From positions 32,001 through 96,000 of the forward strand of contig JAPDJI010000020.1 in assembly GCA_029259155.1 (NCBI GenBank): DNA of 64,000 bases. Direction: 5' to 3'. Shown one piece after another: positions 39,907-50,463 of this stretch. The first letter of the stretch is position 1, and every line of letters begins with the position of its first letter. The stretch is from Candidatus Methanomethylicia archaeon. GTDB taxonomy: Archaea > Thermoproteota > Methanomethylicia > Nezhaarchaeales > B40-G2. The notes under the pieces were generated by a model that saw only the letters and a program-made list of their open reading frames with translations, did no database searches and had not been told where the DNA came from. The position numbers and the translations under genes are program-made.

Positions 39907-40279
39907 GGACCCCGTTAACCACTCCGTCTTGGCCGGGCCTCGAAGTAATCCTAGCTACGCCTATCTCCGTCTTAACTAAGGCCCCCTTAGTTATGACCCC
40001 TCTCCTCGAGTAATCTACGCTGGCTGGATTGGTTAAGACCTGGAGGATCTTCACCTTCTTCGTGGTGCCCGTTGAAGGATCGCTTACATTGACGTAGGAG
40101 GCAGTCCTTAGCTTAATCTTTAAGTTGCCTCCCATTGCCCTCGCAAGAGATCTTCGCTCCTCTTGTCCTAGTATAGTCTCTACGGGCAGGCTACCCGTCT
40201 CGCTTTTACGCTTCCCTCTATGAGGCCTAAACCTTCCTCCCGTAGGCTTCCTTAAGTCTCTGCCGTGCCAAACGCTCAT
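39893..40279 (-). CDS. rps8e: 30S ribosomal protein eS8
   Basis: RKPTGG, GGNLK, ITKGA, TSRPGQDGVVN. Confidence 0.97.
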   Translation of the reverse strand: MSVWHGRDLRKPTGGRFRPHRGKRKSETGSLPVETILGQEERRSLARAMGGNLKIKLRTASYVNVSDPSTGTTKKVKILQVLTNPASVDYSRRGVITKGALVKTEIGVARITSRPGQDGVVNGVLIES

Positions 40280-40339
40280 ACCTGTTCAGCTTAAGAGGCA
40301 GGGCAGGGGGTTATAATATATGTTTCGTATGAGGGGAAG

Positions 40340-41431
40340 ATGATGAAGGGAAGATTGAAGAGAACCATAGCTAAGCTGGAAGAGCAAGGCTTGACTTACG
40401 CCTTAATATCCACCCCTGAAAACGTAATGTACCTCACGGCCTTCAAAGCCATAGGGCAGCCACCGAAGCCCTGCCATCTCCTCATCTCGGCGAAGGAGCC
40501 TAAAGCTAAGCTGCTAGTTTCGCCCTTAGACTATGAAGAAGCCATGGAGAGCGTAGGCAGTGAACTCGAAGTGGTGAAGCTGAAGACTAAGTCCGTCGCC
40601 GACGCTCTTTCCAAGATCCTTCCTAGGGGACGTGGAGTTTTAGGTGTGGAGCTAGGCTACGTCAACCACCTCTTCCTCGAAGAGCTGAAGAGCAAATTAA
40701 AGGACGTGGAGCTGAAAGACTTCTCAAGCCAAGTAGAAGAGCTAAGGGCGGTTAAGGACTCAGAGGAGGTGGAAGCCATAAAGAAAGCTGTTCAAGTAGC
40801 CGAAGAGGCCATAAAGAAAGGGCTTAACTTAATAGTCGAAGAGGCCACGGAGAGAGAAATAGCAGCAGAGATAGAGTATGAAGCTAGGAAAGCTGGAGCT
40901 GAGGGGGTTGCCTTCGATACCATCGTCGCTTCAGGGCCCTACTCAGCTTACCCTCATAGAACTGCTGGGGAAAGAAAGGTGAGGAAAGGGGAGGCCGTGG
41001 TGTTAGATGTAGGTGTGAGGGTGAAGGGGTATTGCTCCGACATAACTAGGACCGTCGTACTGGGCAAGATCCCTGAAAAGCTAGAGGAAGCCTATGTAGC
41101 TGTGCTTGAAGCACAGGAGGAAGCCTCCCGGGCGCTAAAGCCAGGGGTTAAGGCATCCACGGTGGATGCTAAGGCAAGAACGTGGCTAAAAAGGAAAAAA
41201 CTCGCAAGATGGTTCATCCACGGTGTAGGCCACGGCGTAGGTCTAAGTGTACATGAAAAACCAGCGCTAGCCCCTAAAAGCCACGATAGGTTAATGAGAG
41301 GAAACGTTGTCACCCTTGAGCCAGGCATCTACTTGGATAAGCTGGGAGGCGTTAGGGTGGAGGACATGTACCTCGTGGTTAAGGAAGGAGCTATGAAGCT
41401 TACTACCTTAGAGCCACGGTTGGTGCTATAG
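40340..41431 (+). CDS. Xaa-Pro peptidase (M24)
   Basis: DVG..YCSDITRT, HGVGHGVGL.VHE, EPGIY, VRVED. Confidence 0.93.
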   Translation: MMKGRLKRTIAKLEEQGLTYALISTPENVMYLTAFKAIGQPPKPCHLLISAKEPKAKLLVSPLDYEEAMESVGSELEVVKLKTKSVADALSKILPRGRGVLGVELGYVNHLFLEELKSKLKDVELKDFSSQVEELRAVKDSEEVEAIKKAVQVAEEAIKKGLNLIVEEATEREIAAEIEYEARKAGAEGVAFDTIVASGPYSAYPHRTAGERKVRKGEAVVLDVGVRVKGYCSDITRTVVLGKIPEKLEEAYVAVLEAQEEASRALKPGVKASTVDAKARTWLKRKKLARWFIHGVGHGVGLSVHEKPALAPKSHDRLMRGNVVTLEPGIYLDKLGGVRVEDMYLVVKEGAMKLTTLEPRLVL

Positions 41432-42214
41432 TTGAGTAAGGCCAAGGAGGTCTTAAAGAAACTAACAGAGGTTGAAGAAAAGCTAGAAGTTAAGTTAAGT
41501 TGCGTGAAGAAGGTTGAAGAAAAGCTCCACGAAGCCCGTAGCAAGCTATCGAGGCTAAGCGAAGAGGGAATGGAGGTAAAGGAGAAGTTGAGGGAGATCT
41601 ACGAAGAGGTCTCTAGACTTAAGAAAAGAGAGTTGGAGTTAAGGAGGGAGGAAGCAGAGCTTAGGAAAGAGCTCAGAGAACCTGAAGAACAGTTGAAGCT
41701 TAAGCTCGAGAAGCTTGAATGGAAACACCAAGTAAGTAGTCTAAGCAAGGAGGAGGAAAAACGGCTAATCGGGGAAGTAAAGGCAGTTGCCCGAAGCCTT
41801 AAGGCCTGGAGGAAGGTTAAGGAGATAGAAAAAGAGCTAGGAGAAGCCTCCTCAAGGAGATCGGAGCTTAGAATCGAGGCAGAGAGACTAAAGCAGCGTC
41901 TAGCCCAGCTGAGCGAGGAGAAGGTTAAAGTTAAGAAAAGAATAGAGGAGCTTAAAGCTGCTTTGAAACAGGAAAAAAGCGGGTTAAAAGAAGTTAAGGA
42001 CGAGGTTAAAGCCTATCGAGAAGAGCTCCATAAACTAAAGGAGGCCGAGCTTGAAGAAAAAGCCAAGGTTTTAGCGCAGGAAACTAAGAGGAAAGGACAA
42101 ATAGCGAGAGAGGCCTTAAAGAAATTAAGAGAGGGCAGGAAGGTTTCCTTAGATGAGATGAGGGTGCTGATGGAGGAAGGGTTGTTAAGGGAGGGTGAAG
42201 AATCATTTGAGTGA
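41432..42214 (+). CDS. Archaeal coiled-coil protein
   Basis: E/K-rich heptads; LSKEEEKRLI and GRKVSLDEM motifs; conserved linkage to DUF373. Confidence 0.75.
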   Translation: MSKAKEVLKKLTEVEEKLEVKLSCVKKVEEKLHEARSKLSRLSEEGMEVKEKLREIYEEVSRLKKRELELRREEAELRKELREPEEQLKLKLEKLEWKHQVSSLSKEEEKRLIGEVKAVARSLKAWRKVKEIEKELGEASSRRSELRIEAERLKQRLAQLSEEKVKVKKRIEELKAALKQEKSGLKEVKDEVKAYREELHKLKEAELEEKAKVLAQETKRKGQIAREALKKLREGRKVSLDEMRVLMEEGLLREGEESFE

Positions 42215-43322
42215 AGAGACGAAACAGCGCTTCTTAGTGATCTATGTTGATAGAGACGACGACATCGGTAGAACTCTTAACATCAAGACCCCCATCGTAG
42301 GTAGGCAGCAAAACCTTGAAGCTGCTACTCGTTTCGCTTTAGCAGCACCTGAAGACTCCGACGCTAACGCCCTCTTCGCAGCTATACAGGTATACGATAA
42401 GCTACGGGAGGAAGGAGCTGAGTGCGAAGTAGCAACTCTTGCTGGAGCGTTTGAAGGAGGTGTTAAAGCAGATATAAAGGTAGCTAAGGAGCTTGACGAA
42501 GTACTTAGAAAGTACCCAGCCGACGGGGCTGTGATGGTCAGCGATGGGGCAGCCGATGAACACGTTATACCTATCATTCAGTCCAGGCTGCCCATAACCT
42601 CCATTAGAAGAGTGGTAGTGAGGCAGTCCAGGGGGCTAGAGGAAACCTACTTCTTGCTGGTTAAATACCTTAGAAGGGTCATGGAGGACCCTAAGTACTC
42701 CATTTACATGTTCGGTATCCCTGGAGTCTTCCTAGTGATGGTGGCTATCCTGTCCAGCTTGGGTATGGCACACTATGCAGGAGCAGCTCTTCTATTTCTT
42801 ATAGGGATGACACTAGTGGTTAAGGGCTTCTCCCTAGATAAGATGCTCCTAAATGCCTGGTCGTCGTCCCCCATAATATTCTCCAGCGTCGTCATAGCCA
42901 TAATAACCTTCAGCATCGCCGCCTACCTCGGAGCAGCTGCTGTCTCCTCGATAATCGCTGCGGAGGGCCATGCCGAGCTCTTGGGACTGCCAAGGTTGAT
43001 TGGAGCCTTCCTCTCCTTGCCCGACATGCCCGTCTTCCTCACCAAAATATACAACGTCGACATAATAATGGGTGGGATCATCATACTCCTTATCGGCAGA
43101 GCCGTTGATAAGTATGTTAGTGGAAGGCCAAAGGTCTGGCATGAAGGGCTCACCATAATCCTATGCATAATGCTAATCCTACTACTCAGGGAGGTAGCCG
43201 ACCTACTCATGAACCCTCTACAGACCCCTCTAACCTTCATGATATGGATACTATTGACTGTGATAATTTACGGAGCATTGATGGTAGCATTCATGTTCTA
43301 TGAAAGGTGGAAGCGGGCTTGA
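42195..43322 (+). CDS. DUF373 family membrane protein
   Basis: VDRDDDIG, PEDSDAN, VSDGAADE, VVVRQS + TMs. Confidence 0.9.
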   Translation: MKNHLSEETKQRFLVIYVDRDDDIGRTLNIKTPIVGRQQNLEAATRFALAAPEDSDANALFAAIQVYDKLREEGAECEVATLAGAFEGGVKADIKVAKELDEVLRKYPADGAVMVSDGAADEHVIPIIQSRLPITSIRRVVVRQSRGLEETYFLLVKYLRRVMEDPKYSIYMFGIPGVFLVMVAILSSLGMAHYAGAALLFLIGMTLVVKGFSLDKMLLNAWSSSPIIFSSVVIAIITFSIAAYLGAAAVSSIIAAEGHAELLGLPRLIGAFLSLPDMPVFLTKIYNVDIIMGGIIILLIGRAVDKYVSGRPKVWHEGLTIILCIMLILLLREVADLLMNPLQTPLTFMIWILLTVIIYGALMVAFMFYERWKRA

Positions 43323-44089
43323 AGATAGGTATAATAGCAGGTAGCGGGATGGAGGAGCTAGCTGATGGAGCACCGAGACAGAAGGTTAAAACAACCTACG
43401 GGGAAGCTGAGGTTGCATACGTATCTCTTCAGGGAATAGAGGTTGTCCTACTACCTCGACATGGATTTAGCCATACAGTTCCTCCCCATAGAGTAAACTA
43501 CAGGGCAAACATAGCTTCCTTGAAGAAGCTTGGCGTGGAACGAGTCATAGCTACCGCAGCCGTAGGATCACTTAACGATGAGTTTAAGCCGGGAGACCTA
43601 GTCGTCGTAAACGACTTCCTGGACTTCACTAAGAGTAGGCCACCTTCATTCCATGAGGGCCTTAAGGTTATACATGTAGACCTAACTACCCCCTACTGTC
43701 CTGAGGTTAGAGCTTGCCTCATAGAGGGATGTAGGAAGAGCGGGGTGGAGGTCCATGATGGAGGGGTCTACGTATGTACCGAAGGACCTAGATTTGAGAC
43801 CCCGGCTGAGATACGCATGTTTAGAAGGCTTGGAGGAGACGTAGTAGGCATGACGGGGCTCCCCGAAGCCGTCTTAGCGAGAGAAGCCGGTTTATGTTAC
43901 GCTTCACTCTGTATAGTGACAAACATGGCTGCCGGGATGCAAGCCAGGATCACCGCCTCAGAGGTGGTGGAGGTCATGAGGAGGGTGAGGCCCACCGTGG
44001 TAAAGGTCTTAGCGGAAGCCCTGCATCTCATCCCCGATAAGCGCGGGTGTGGTTGTTCACAGGCCTCCTTGACCGCTAGCTCGGAATAA
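43307..44089 (+). CDS. mtnP: Methylthioadenosine/methylthioinosine phosphorylase
   Basis: PRHG..H, NYRANI, EGPRFETPAE, VGMT, VTNMAAG. Confidence 0.9.
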   Translation: MEAGLKIGIIAGSGMEELADGAPRQKVKTTYGEAEVAYVSLQGIEVVLLPRHGFSHTVPPHRVNYRANIASLKKLGVERVIATAAVGSLNDEFKPGDLVVVNDFLDFTKSRPPSFHEGLKVIHVDLTTPYCPEVRACLIEGCRKSGVEVHDGGVYVCTEGPRFETPAEIRMFRRLGGDVVGMTGLPEAVLAREAGLCYASLCIVTNMAAGMQARITASEVVEVMRRVRPTVVKVLAEALHLIPDKRGCGCSQASLTASSE

Positions 44090-44090
44090 G

Positions 44091-44882
44091 TCAAGTTACG
44101 TATTCTTCTCCACCGCCAGCAAAGACTCGTTGAAGCTCTGCGAAGAGCTCGTCTAACCCTTTCCCCGTCTTCGACGATACGGGGAGTAGATAGGGTGTCG
44201 GGTTTAAGTCCTTTAGAGCCTCACATAGCCTTTGGTTCATCTCCCTACCTAGCCCTGAAACCTCAGCGTCAAGCGCATCCATCCATTCGACCGGGTTATC
44301 CATCCACCTTAAAATCCTCTCCTCAGCTTCAGGGCTCAGAAGGTCAGCCTTGGAGAGGACGTTGAGCTGAGGCTTGAGCAACCTATAGTTCACTGAAGTG
44401 GCTAGCAAAAGGGATGATACCAGGCCTGAAGGCCTTTCAGCAAAGACAGAGTCAACTAAGAAAATTACGGCGGTACGCTCTCCGGATATAGAGGAGGTTA
44501 TGTAGGGCCCAGAGCTCCTGAAAGCATAGAGCTCCATCTGGCCGGGAGTATCGACAAGGACATACTCAGGATTTAGATCGACTATCTCCTCTCTTATGCG
44601 CTCCACGTGAGCCGCTATCATATCTGCACAAGCTATGAGAGCGCCGTTAGGCCCCAAATTATATTCACGCATCACATCCTCGACATTTACGTAGTCTCTC
44701 ACGTCTACGTCAGGGCCATAAGGCAACCACACCGCTGCTGGATCCAGGTTTACTGTTGCTACATCAAGTTCGTGGTCAAGAAGCCAGCTAGCAAATGCAT
44801 CTACCAACGTGGATTTACCGCAGCCAGCCGTCCCTACGACGAAAACGAAGAACAAAAAACCACCGTGAGGGCTTTGCTTCAC
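44091..44882 (-). CDS. GPN-loop GTPase
   Basis: GTAGCGKS, NLDP, LGPNG, DTPGQME. Confidence 0.94.
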   Translation of the reverse strand: MKQSPHGGFLFFVFVVGTAGCGKSTLVDAFASWLLDHELDVATVNLDPAAVWLPYGPDVDVRDYVNVEDVMREYNLGPNGALIACADMIAAHVERIREEIVDLNPEYVLVDTPGQMELYAFRSSGPYITSSISGERTAVIFLVDSVFAERPSGLVSSLLLATSVNYRLLKPQLNVLSKADLLSPEAEERILRWMDNPVEWMDALDAEVSGLGREMNQRLCEALKDLNPTPYLLPVSSKTGKGLDELFAELQRVFAGGGEEYVT

Positions 44883-45088
44883 CCTCCTTTTTTACCTCCC
44901 AACCACCACCTCAAATACTCTTTCCTGAGCTTCTCCCTCTCATCCTCCTTTGCCTGAGGCTTCCGTTTACCTTCCAAGGTCCGCTCATACTCAAACCTAG
45001 TTAGCGAGAGACCGCAGCTACGACAAATATACATGTATCTCGATCGATCAAACTTCAACTCCCCTCCACATTCAGGACAGACGGGCAT
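44879..45088 (-). CDS. Small zinc-ribbon protein
   Basis: MPVCPECGG..YICRSCG..EYLRWWL; start set to ATG 45088. Confidence 0.75.
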   Translation of the reverse strand: MPVCPECGGELKFDRSRYMYICRSCGLSLTRFEYERTLEGKRKPQAKEDEREKLRKEYLRWWLGGKKGG

Positions 45089-45198
45089 GCAAGCCACTTC
45101 CGCGTACAAAAAGCTGAGGACCATTTTTAGCCTTACTCTTCCCGCTTAAGCTAGTTTTATATCGAAGAGCAAGGGCTCATATTAGGGTTGTTGGGCGC

Positions 45199-46299
45199 TT
45201 GTGGAGGCTCTTAAGGCCAGACTCAGCTACAGTGTGGCAGGACGATGAAGTAGTGGCCAGGCTTAATTGGTACTATAGCGTCATGACCGATAGGAAGCCG
45301 GCCAAGTACCTGATATGCAAACGAGTAGAAGTTGAGTTTAGCGGGGAGGAGGAGCTTGAGGAGCTCTGGGCTTTACACGATAAGGCAGCCAACAGCTTCA
45401 AGGAGCTCTGGACGAAAGTAAGAGAAGGCTTAAAGCTTGAAGAGGTCGACGCTCCTTCGAAGAGCTTACTTGACCTAAAGGTGGAGCTCGTTAAGCGGAT
45501 GCTGAAAAGCTGCATGTTCTGTGAGAGGAGATGTTCAGTCGATAGAAGTAGAGGCGAAACAGGGTTCTGCAAACTAGATTCGCTAAGCAGGGTATCGACG
45601 TGGTTTCACCATTACGGTGAAGAAGCCCCTCTAGTGCCTAGCGGCACGATCTTCTTCACTTCATGCAACTTCCGCTGCCAGTTCTGCCAGAACTGGGACA
45701 TCTCCACCGATCCACTGAACGGAGTAGAGGTTACACCGCGTAAGCTGGCTTCCATAGCCTCAACGCTAAGAAGAGAGGGCTGTAGGAACATCAACTATGT
45801 GGGGGGTGAGCCCACACCTAATCTTCACGTCATAGTCGAATCGTTGAGGTACATGGAAGTAAACGTACCTATCCTTTGGAACAGCAACATGTACTGCAGC
45901 TTGGAGACCATGAAGATTTTAAGAGAGTTAGTGGACATATGGCTGCCAGACTTCAAGTACTATAGTGACGAGTGCGCCGAGAGGCTTTCAAAGGTCCCCA
46001 GGTACTTTGAAGTGGTGTCGAGAAACCATTTAATGGCTCATGAGAGCGGGGACATGATAATCAGGCACCTCGTATTGCCAAACCACCTCGAATGCTGTAC
46101 TAAGCCTCTTTTAGAGTGGATAGCCAAGAACCTACCCAGGGCGCTAGTAAACATCATGGCTCAGTATAGACCGGAACACGTGGTTGCAAGGGAGCCTCAC
46201 CGCTTCCCTGAAATTGCAAGGAGGCCGACCCTCGAGGAAATGAAGGAGGCCTATGCCACTGCTCGAAGGCTGGGGATCATATACGAGCCTGTCTCCTAG
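45199..46299 (+). CDS. PflX-like radical SAM protein
   Basis: CMFCERRC, SGTIFFTSCNFRCQFCQNWDIS, LPDFKY, IIRHLVLP. Confidence 0.9.
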   Translation: MWRLLRPDSATVWQDDEVVARLNWYYSVMTDRKPAKYLICKRVEVEFSGEEELEELWALHDKAANSFKELWTKVREGLKLEEVDAPSKSLLDLKVELVKRMLKSCMFCERRCSVDRSRGETGFCKLDSLSRVSTWFHHYGEEAPLVPSGTIFFTSCNFRCQFCQNWDISTDPLNGVEVTPRKLASIASTLRREGCRNINYVGGEPTPNLHVIVESLRYMEVNVPILWNSNMYCSLETMKILRELVDIWLPDFKYYSDECAERLSKVPRYFEVVSRNHLMAHESGDMIIRHLVLPNHLECCTKPLLEWIAKNLPRALVNIMAQYRPEHVVAREPHRFPEIARRPTLEEMKEAYATARRLGIIYEPVS

Positions 46300-47350
46300 C
46301 AAGTTAAAGACGGCTGGTAAAATCAGAGTGTTCTTCACGCTCTCAGGCGAGCATCCAACCCTGCCAGCCGCCGAGGTTAAGGCTTTACTGGAGGCTGAAG
46401 AAGTTGAAGTTAAAGAGTTCGAGGCTCGTAGGTTTCTAGCTAGGATGCTCATCTCTCAGGATGACTGTTCAAGGATACTAGATAGGGCTTCAATGGTCAC
46501 AGGCTGCTACCATGAGCTCCTAGCCTGCCGGGCAGAGGTGGAAGAGATAGCTAAGGAAGTAGGGGGAGTAGATTGGTCGAGGCTCAAGGGTAAAAGCTTC
46601 GCCGTGAGGGTGGAGAGGAAAGGAGGGTGCTGTCCTCATCTAAGATCGGCAGAGTTGGAGAGGCTCATAGGGAAGGTGGTGAAGACGCAGGTTCCGGAAG
46701 CCAGGGTGTGCCTTAAAGCCCCCGAAGTGTTGGTCAAGGGGCTGGTGGTGGATCAAAGCTTCTATCTAGGCTTAAGCTTAGCTGAGGTAAGGAGAGGTGT
46801 TTTTGATGAGAGGAGGCCTAGGAGGAGGCCTTTCTTCCACCCCTCAGCGTTAGAGCCAAAGCTCGCTAGGCTCTTTGTAAACCTAGCTCGAGCTAAGAGA
46901 GGAGACCTCCTTTTCGACCCTTTCGCGGGGACAGGCAGCATCTTGATGGAAGCTGCATTGATAGGTTGCAGCCCAGTAGGCCTAGACATCGACCTTAGAA
47001 TGGTGGAAGGCACTAAAGCTAACCTTAGACGCTACGCTCCCCACGCTATCGGAGCTTTGCGTGGAGACGCGAGGCATCCCCCGATATTAAAGGTAGACTG
47101 CGTAGTCACAGATCCTCCTTACGGCAGAACCTCGTCGACGAGGGGGGAGGACACCTCCACGTTGATAGAAAACTTCCTGAACGTCGCGGCTGATCTACTG
47201 CCTCATGGAAGATACATGTGCCTAGCTACCCCTTCTTGGCTCGACTTGGCTGAAGCGGCTTTAAAGGCCGGGTTTAAAGTAGTGGAGGAGCATGAAATAA
47301 GAGTGCATAGATCCTTGACGAGGAGAGTAACGGTATTTAGGAGGTGTTGA
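46253..47350 (+). CDS. trm11: THUMP-domain tRNA (guanine(10)-N2) methyltransferase Trm11-like
   Basis: LSGEHPTLP.AE, RPFFHP, DPFAGTG, TDPPYGR, VHRSLTR. Confidence 0.88.
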   Translation: MPLLEGWGSYTSLSPSKLKTAGKIRVFFTLSGEHPTLPAAEVKALLEAEEVEVKEFEARRFLARMLISQDDCSRILDRASMVTGCYHELLACRAEVEEIAKEVGGVDWSRLKGKSFAVRVERKGGCCPHLRSAELERLIGKVVKTQVPEARVCLKAPEVLVKGLVVDQSFYLGLSLAEVRRGVFDERRPRRRPFFHPSALEPKLARLFVNLARAKRGDLLFDPFAGTGSILMEAALIGCSPVGLDIDLRMVEGTKANLRRYAPHAIGALRGDARHPPILKVDCVVTDPPYGRTSSTRGEDTSTLIENFLNVAADLLPHGRYMCLATPSWLDLAEAALKAGFKVVEEHEIRVHRSLTRRVTVFRRC

Positions 47351-47351
47351 C

Positions 47352-48266
47352 GTGGTCCTTGAAGTATGGTTCCTAGGCACCTCAGCCAGCATCCCCACCC
47401 TCAATAGAGGGTTACCGTGCATAGCGTTAAAGCGAAGAGGAGAGCTCATCCTCTTCGACTGCGGTGAAGGTGCACAGAGACAGATGATGAAGGCAGGGGT
47501 AGGTTTCAGCAAGAAGATGAAGGTGTTCATAACGCACCTCCACGGAGACCACGTCCTCGGGCTTGCAGGCCTACTACAAAGCATGGGCCTCATGGGGAGA
47601 GAGGAAGAGCTGCAGGTTTACGGCCCTGAAGGGCTAGGAAGACTAATAGAGGCCTTTGAAGAAGCCCTCGGGTTCAAGCTGCCTTACGAGGTAGTAGTAA
47701 ACGAAGTAGGGGAAGGTGTAATCCATAGAGGAGATGGGTATTTTATACAGGCAGCATATGTTGAACATTCGGTTCCAACGTTAGCCTACGCCCTCATCGA
47801 GGATAATAGGCCTGGACGCTTTAAACCTGAAAAAGCAGAGAAGCTGGGGGTCCCTAGAGGGCCGCTATGGAAAGCCCTGCAACGAGGAGAAAGCGTGGAG
47901 GTTAAAGGTAGAATCGTCAAGCCTGAGGAGGTAACGGGGCCTCCTAGGAAGGGGTTAAAGGTGGTTTATAGCGGAGATACCTCCTTCTGCGAAGCAATGG
48001 TTAAGCTCTCGGAAGATGCCGATCTCCTCATCCATGAAGCTACGTTCGACGACTCGCTCATACAGAAAGCCTTAGAAGAAAAGCATTCGACAGCTAGCCA
48101 GGCAGCTGAAGTAGCTAAGCTGGCACAAGTCAAGAGGCTTGTATTGACACATATAAGCCCTAGATACCAAGACCCTTCCCCGCTTTTAGATCAAGCATCC
48201 AAGATTTTCCCAACGGTATTAATAGCTGAAGATTTCCTTAAGCTAAGGCTTAGTTATGAAGATTAA
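47352..48266 (+). CDS. rnz: Ribonuclease Z
   Basis: FDCGEG, ITHLHGDH, exosite GVPRGP, HEATF, THISPRY. Confidence 0.96.
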   Translation: MVLEVWFLGTSASIPTLNRGLPCIALKRRGELILFDCGEGAQRQMMKAGVGFSKKMKVFITHLHGDHVLGLAGLLQSMGLMGREEELQVYGPEGLGRLIEAFEEALGFKLPYEVVVNEVGEGVIHRGDGYFIQAAYVEHSVPTLAYALIEDNRPGRFKPEKAEKLGVPRGPLWKALQRGESVEVKGRIVKPEEVTGPPRKGLKVVYSGDTSFCEAMVKLSEDADLLIHEATFDDSLIQKALEEKHSTASQAAEVAKLAQVKRLVLTHISPRYQDPSPLLDQASKIFPTVLIAEDFLKLRLSYED

Positions 48267-48700
48267 GGATCCTCGGGCATAGGTACCTCGAACCTGGGCT
48301 TCCCATTCACGGTCGGAGGCGCCAGCCAGTCCAAGATCCTTTTAAGGTCACTACCCTCCACCTCTACCTCTATAGGTCCCAGCGGTGACTCAGCTTCAGG
48401 CAAGCAGAAAACAGCGTGTCCTGAGTAAGCTGCCTGTTTATGCAGGTAGAAAACAAGTTTATCGCCGGTGGAGAAACGCTTGATCATGTATCTAGCCGCA
48501 TCCAAAGTCCTCTGTTTACGCAGCCTCTCCCGAAGCTTAGCTAAGCTAAGCAGAGTATCGGACCGACCTGTAAGAAGTATAGTGCCTTCTAAACCCTCAG
48601 CCGTCCAGGAGGTTAAGGAAAACAAGTTCTCCACTGCTCTCTTCACTTTATCTTCATCCTCCGTGGGATAGACGTGAACCCTTACCTGCACTCTCCCCAA
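48263..48700 (-). CDS. UPF0201 (DUF54) putative RNA-binding protein
   Basis: VYPTEDEDKV, LHKQAA, ESPLGPI. Confidence 0.9.
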   Translation of the reverse strand: MGRVQVRVHVYPTEDEDKVKRAVENLFSLTSWTAEGLEGTILLTGRSDTLLSLAKLRERLRKQRTLDAARYMIKRFSTGDKLVFYLHKQAAYSGHAVFCLPEAESPLGPIEVEVEGSDLKRILDWLAPPTVNGKPRFEVPMPEDP

Positions 48701-48703
48701 GCT

Positions 48704-49252
48704 TCAACCCCTCTCAGCTAGCTCTCTAAGAATTTTGGAGGCTAGTGAAAAGGCTTGGGTAGGTGATTCCTCGTTGACGATCATATAGTCAGCTAAAGCA
48801 ATCACCTCTCCAAGCCCTACCTTGAGCTCCCTTAAATCACGTTCAACAAACTCGCTCCAATTTGAAGGATCATCGCTCCTACCCCTTCGTTTAAGCCTCT
48901 CATACCTAAGCCTAGGCGAAGCGTGTACTGCTACGATCACCACATGGTTAAAATGCTGCTTGAAGACTTCAACCTCCGCTAAGCTACGCGTCCCTTCAAA
49001 CACCACGACGTCATCGTCCGGCGACACCTGCATTAAACAAAGCTTCGCGACCGCTGCAGGCCCCATTTCCTCCCTAAGCCTCAACATCAGTGAACCTAAT
49101 CCTTCACGGGTCAGAGGAACCCCTCTCTTCATCGCTTCCCGTCTCACGGCATCCCCCATCACTATGACCTTAAAACCAAGCTTCCTAGCAGCCTCAGATA
49201 CCAGCGTCTTTCCTGAGCCTGGGAGACCTGCCACGCAAATAGCGAGCTTCAA
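48704..49252 (-). CDS. UPF0200 P-loop kinase (dephospho-CoA kinase-like)
   Basis: GLPGSGKT, MGDAVR, RGRSDD..RD.REL. Confidence 0.88.
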   Translation of the reverse strand: MKLAICVAGLPGSGKTLVSEAARKLGFKVIVMGDAVRREAMKRGVPLTREGLGSLMLRLREEMGPAAVAKLCLMQVSPDDDVVVFEGTRSLAEVEVFKQHFNHVVIVAVHASPRLRYERLKRRGRSDDPSNWSEFVERDLRELKVGLGEVIALADYMIVNEESPTQAFSLASKILRELAERG

Positions 49253-49471
49253 ACCACGACCCTCAGTCCTAAAAGATGATATGGTTCACCGCATAACCCT
49301 TCTACCGTCAAGGTTACGCCTAACATGTATTTAAAAGCTAAAAAACAGCGGTCGATCGCTAGAGGTGGCATCAATGGTATTGTTCAACTCTTCAATCTCG
49401 TTTTAAGACCTTGAAGGAAAAGCTTCTCCACGTTAATCAACGCCGAGACACATGGTCTTAGCCATGCTACA

Positions 49472-50446
49472 CTACACCTTGGCCTTATAGAATATCGTCT
49501 CGCCGTAAGCTTCCTCGACTATTGAGCCATCAGCAACTAGGCCTTTAACTATGCTCTCAGCCTCCTCGAGCCTTAAGCCGAGGATCGATGCTATTTCGCT
49601 TATTCGGCAAGGCCTTCTCCTAGTCAAATCTATTACTTTCAACTCCAGCTCCTCTACGACGGAAACCTTTAGCTCACCCTTAACTTGGCGTGGTTGATAA
49701 GCAGTTATGACGTTAGACGATGAGTACTCTCTTATAAGCGATGCAGCCTCCTGCATTTCATGTAGCTCTAAGGGCTTAACCCATTTTTCAGCGGGAGGCC
49801 TTAGAACAGTGTTGAGCTGAACCTCCTTAGGTGAGAGCTCACATATAATTTCGGACAGCTTCATTAAGTACTCAGCGCTGTTATTAACGTCTTTAATAAG
49901 CATTACTTGGAGCGCAAGCTTATCGCTACCCCACTCTTCTTTAAACCTCCTCAAACCATCGATAATCATGCTTATCCGGAGCCTAGGCGAGGGCCTATTG
50001 ATGGCTTGAAAGGTTTCTTCATCAACCGCGTCCAGCTTAGCCACCACAAGGTCGAGGAGGCTTAGGGCCTCACGCACCTCGTTTCTCCACATAAGAGAGG
50101 AGTTGGTTAAGATAGCTATCTTTAGATCGCCAACCTCCTCTCTAAGATTGGTGACGAGCTCCTTTAACTTAGGGTAAAGCGTAGGCTCACCGATCCCTGA
50201 GAGCGTTACGTAATCGATGGATTCTTGTTTAAGCTTCTTCAAGGCTGAGGCAAGCTCCTTCCTTATGGTTTGAGGATCGACGTAGTTCTTGACGTCTTCA
50301 GGGCCATCAACCTTACGCCTAGTACTCCCAAGCTGACAGTAAACGCAGTCGAAGGTGCAGGTCTTAGGTGGAAGCAGGGGGTCTACGCCCAAAGAGTAAC
50401 CTAGACGCCAAGAGCGGACTGGGCCGTAAATGGTCAAATAGTCCAC
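49472..50446 (-). CDS. Radical SAM protein
   Basis: YGPVRSWRLG.SLGVD, CTFDCVYCQ, GEPTL. Confidence 0.88.
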   Translation of the reverse strand: MDYLTIYGPVRSWRLGYSLGVDPLLPPKTCTFDCVYCQLGSTRRKVDGPEDVKNYVDPQTIRKELASALKKLKQESIDYVTLSGIGEPTLYPKLKELVTNLREEVGDLKIAILTNSSLMWRNEVREALSLLDLVVAKLDAVDEETFQAINRPSPRLRISMIIDGLRRFKEEWGSDKLALQVMLIKDVNNSAEYLMKLSEIICELSPKEVQLNTVLRPPAEKWVKPLELHEMQEAASLIREYSSSNVITAYQPRQVKGELKVSVVEELELKVIDLTRRRPCRISEIASILGLRLEEAESIVKGLVADGSIVEEAYGETIFYKAKV

Positions 50447-50463
50447 CGAGATAATGAGGAGGC

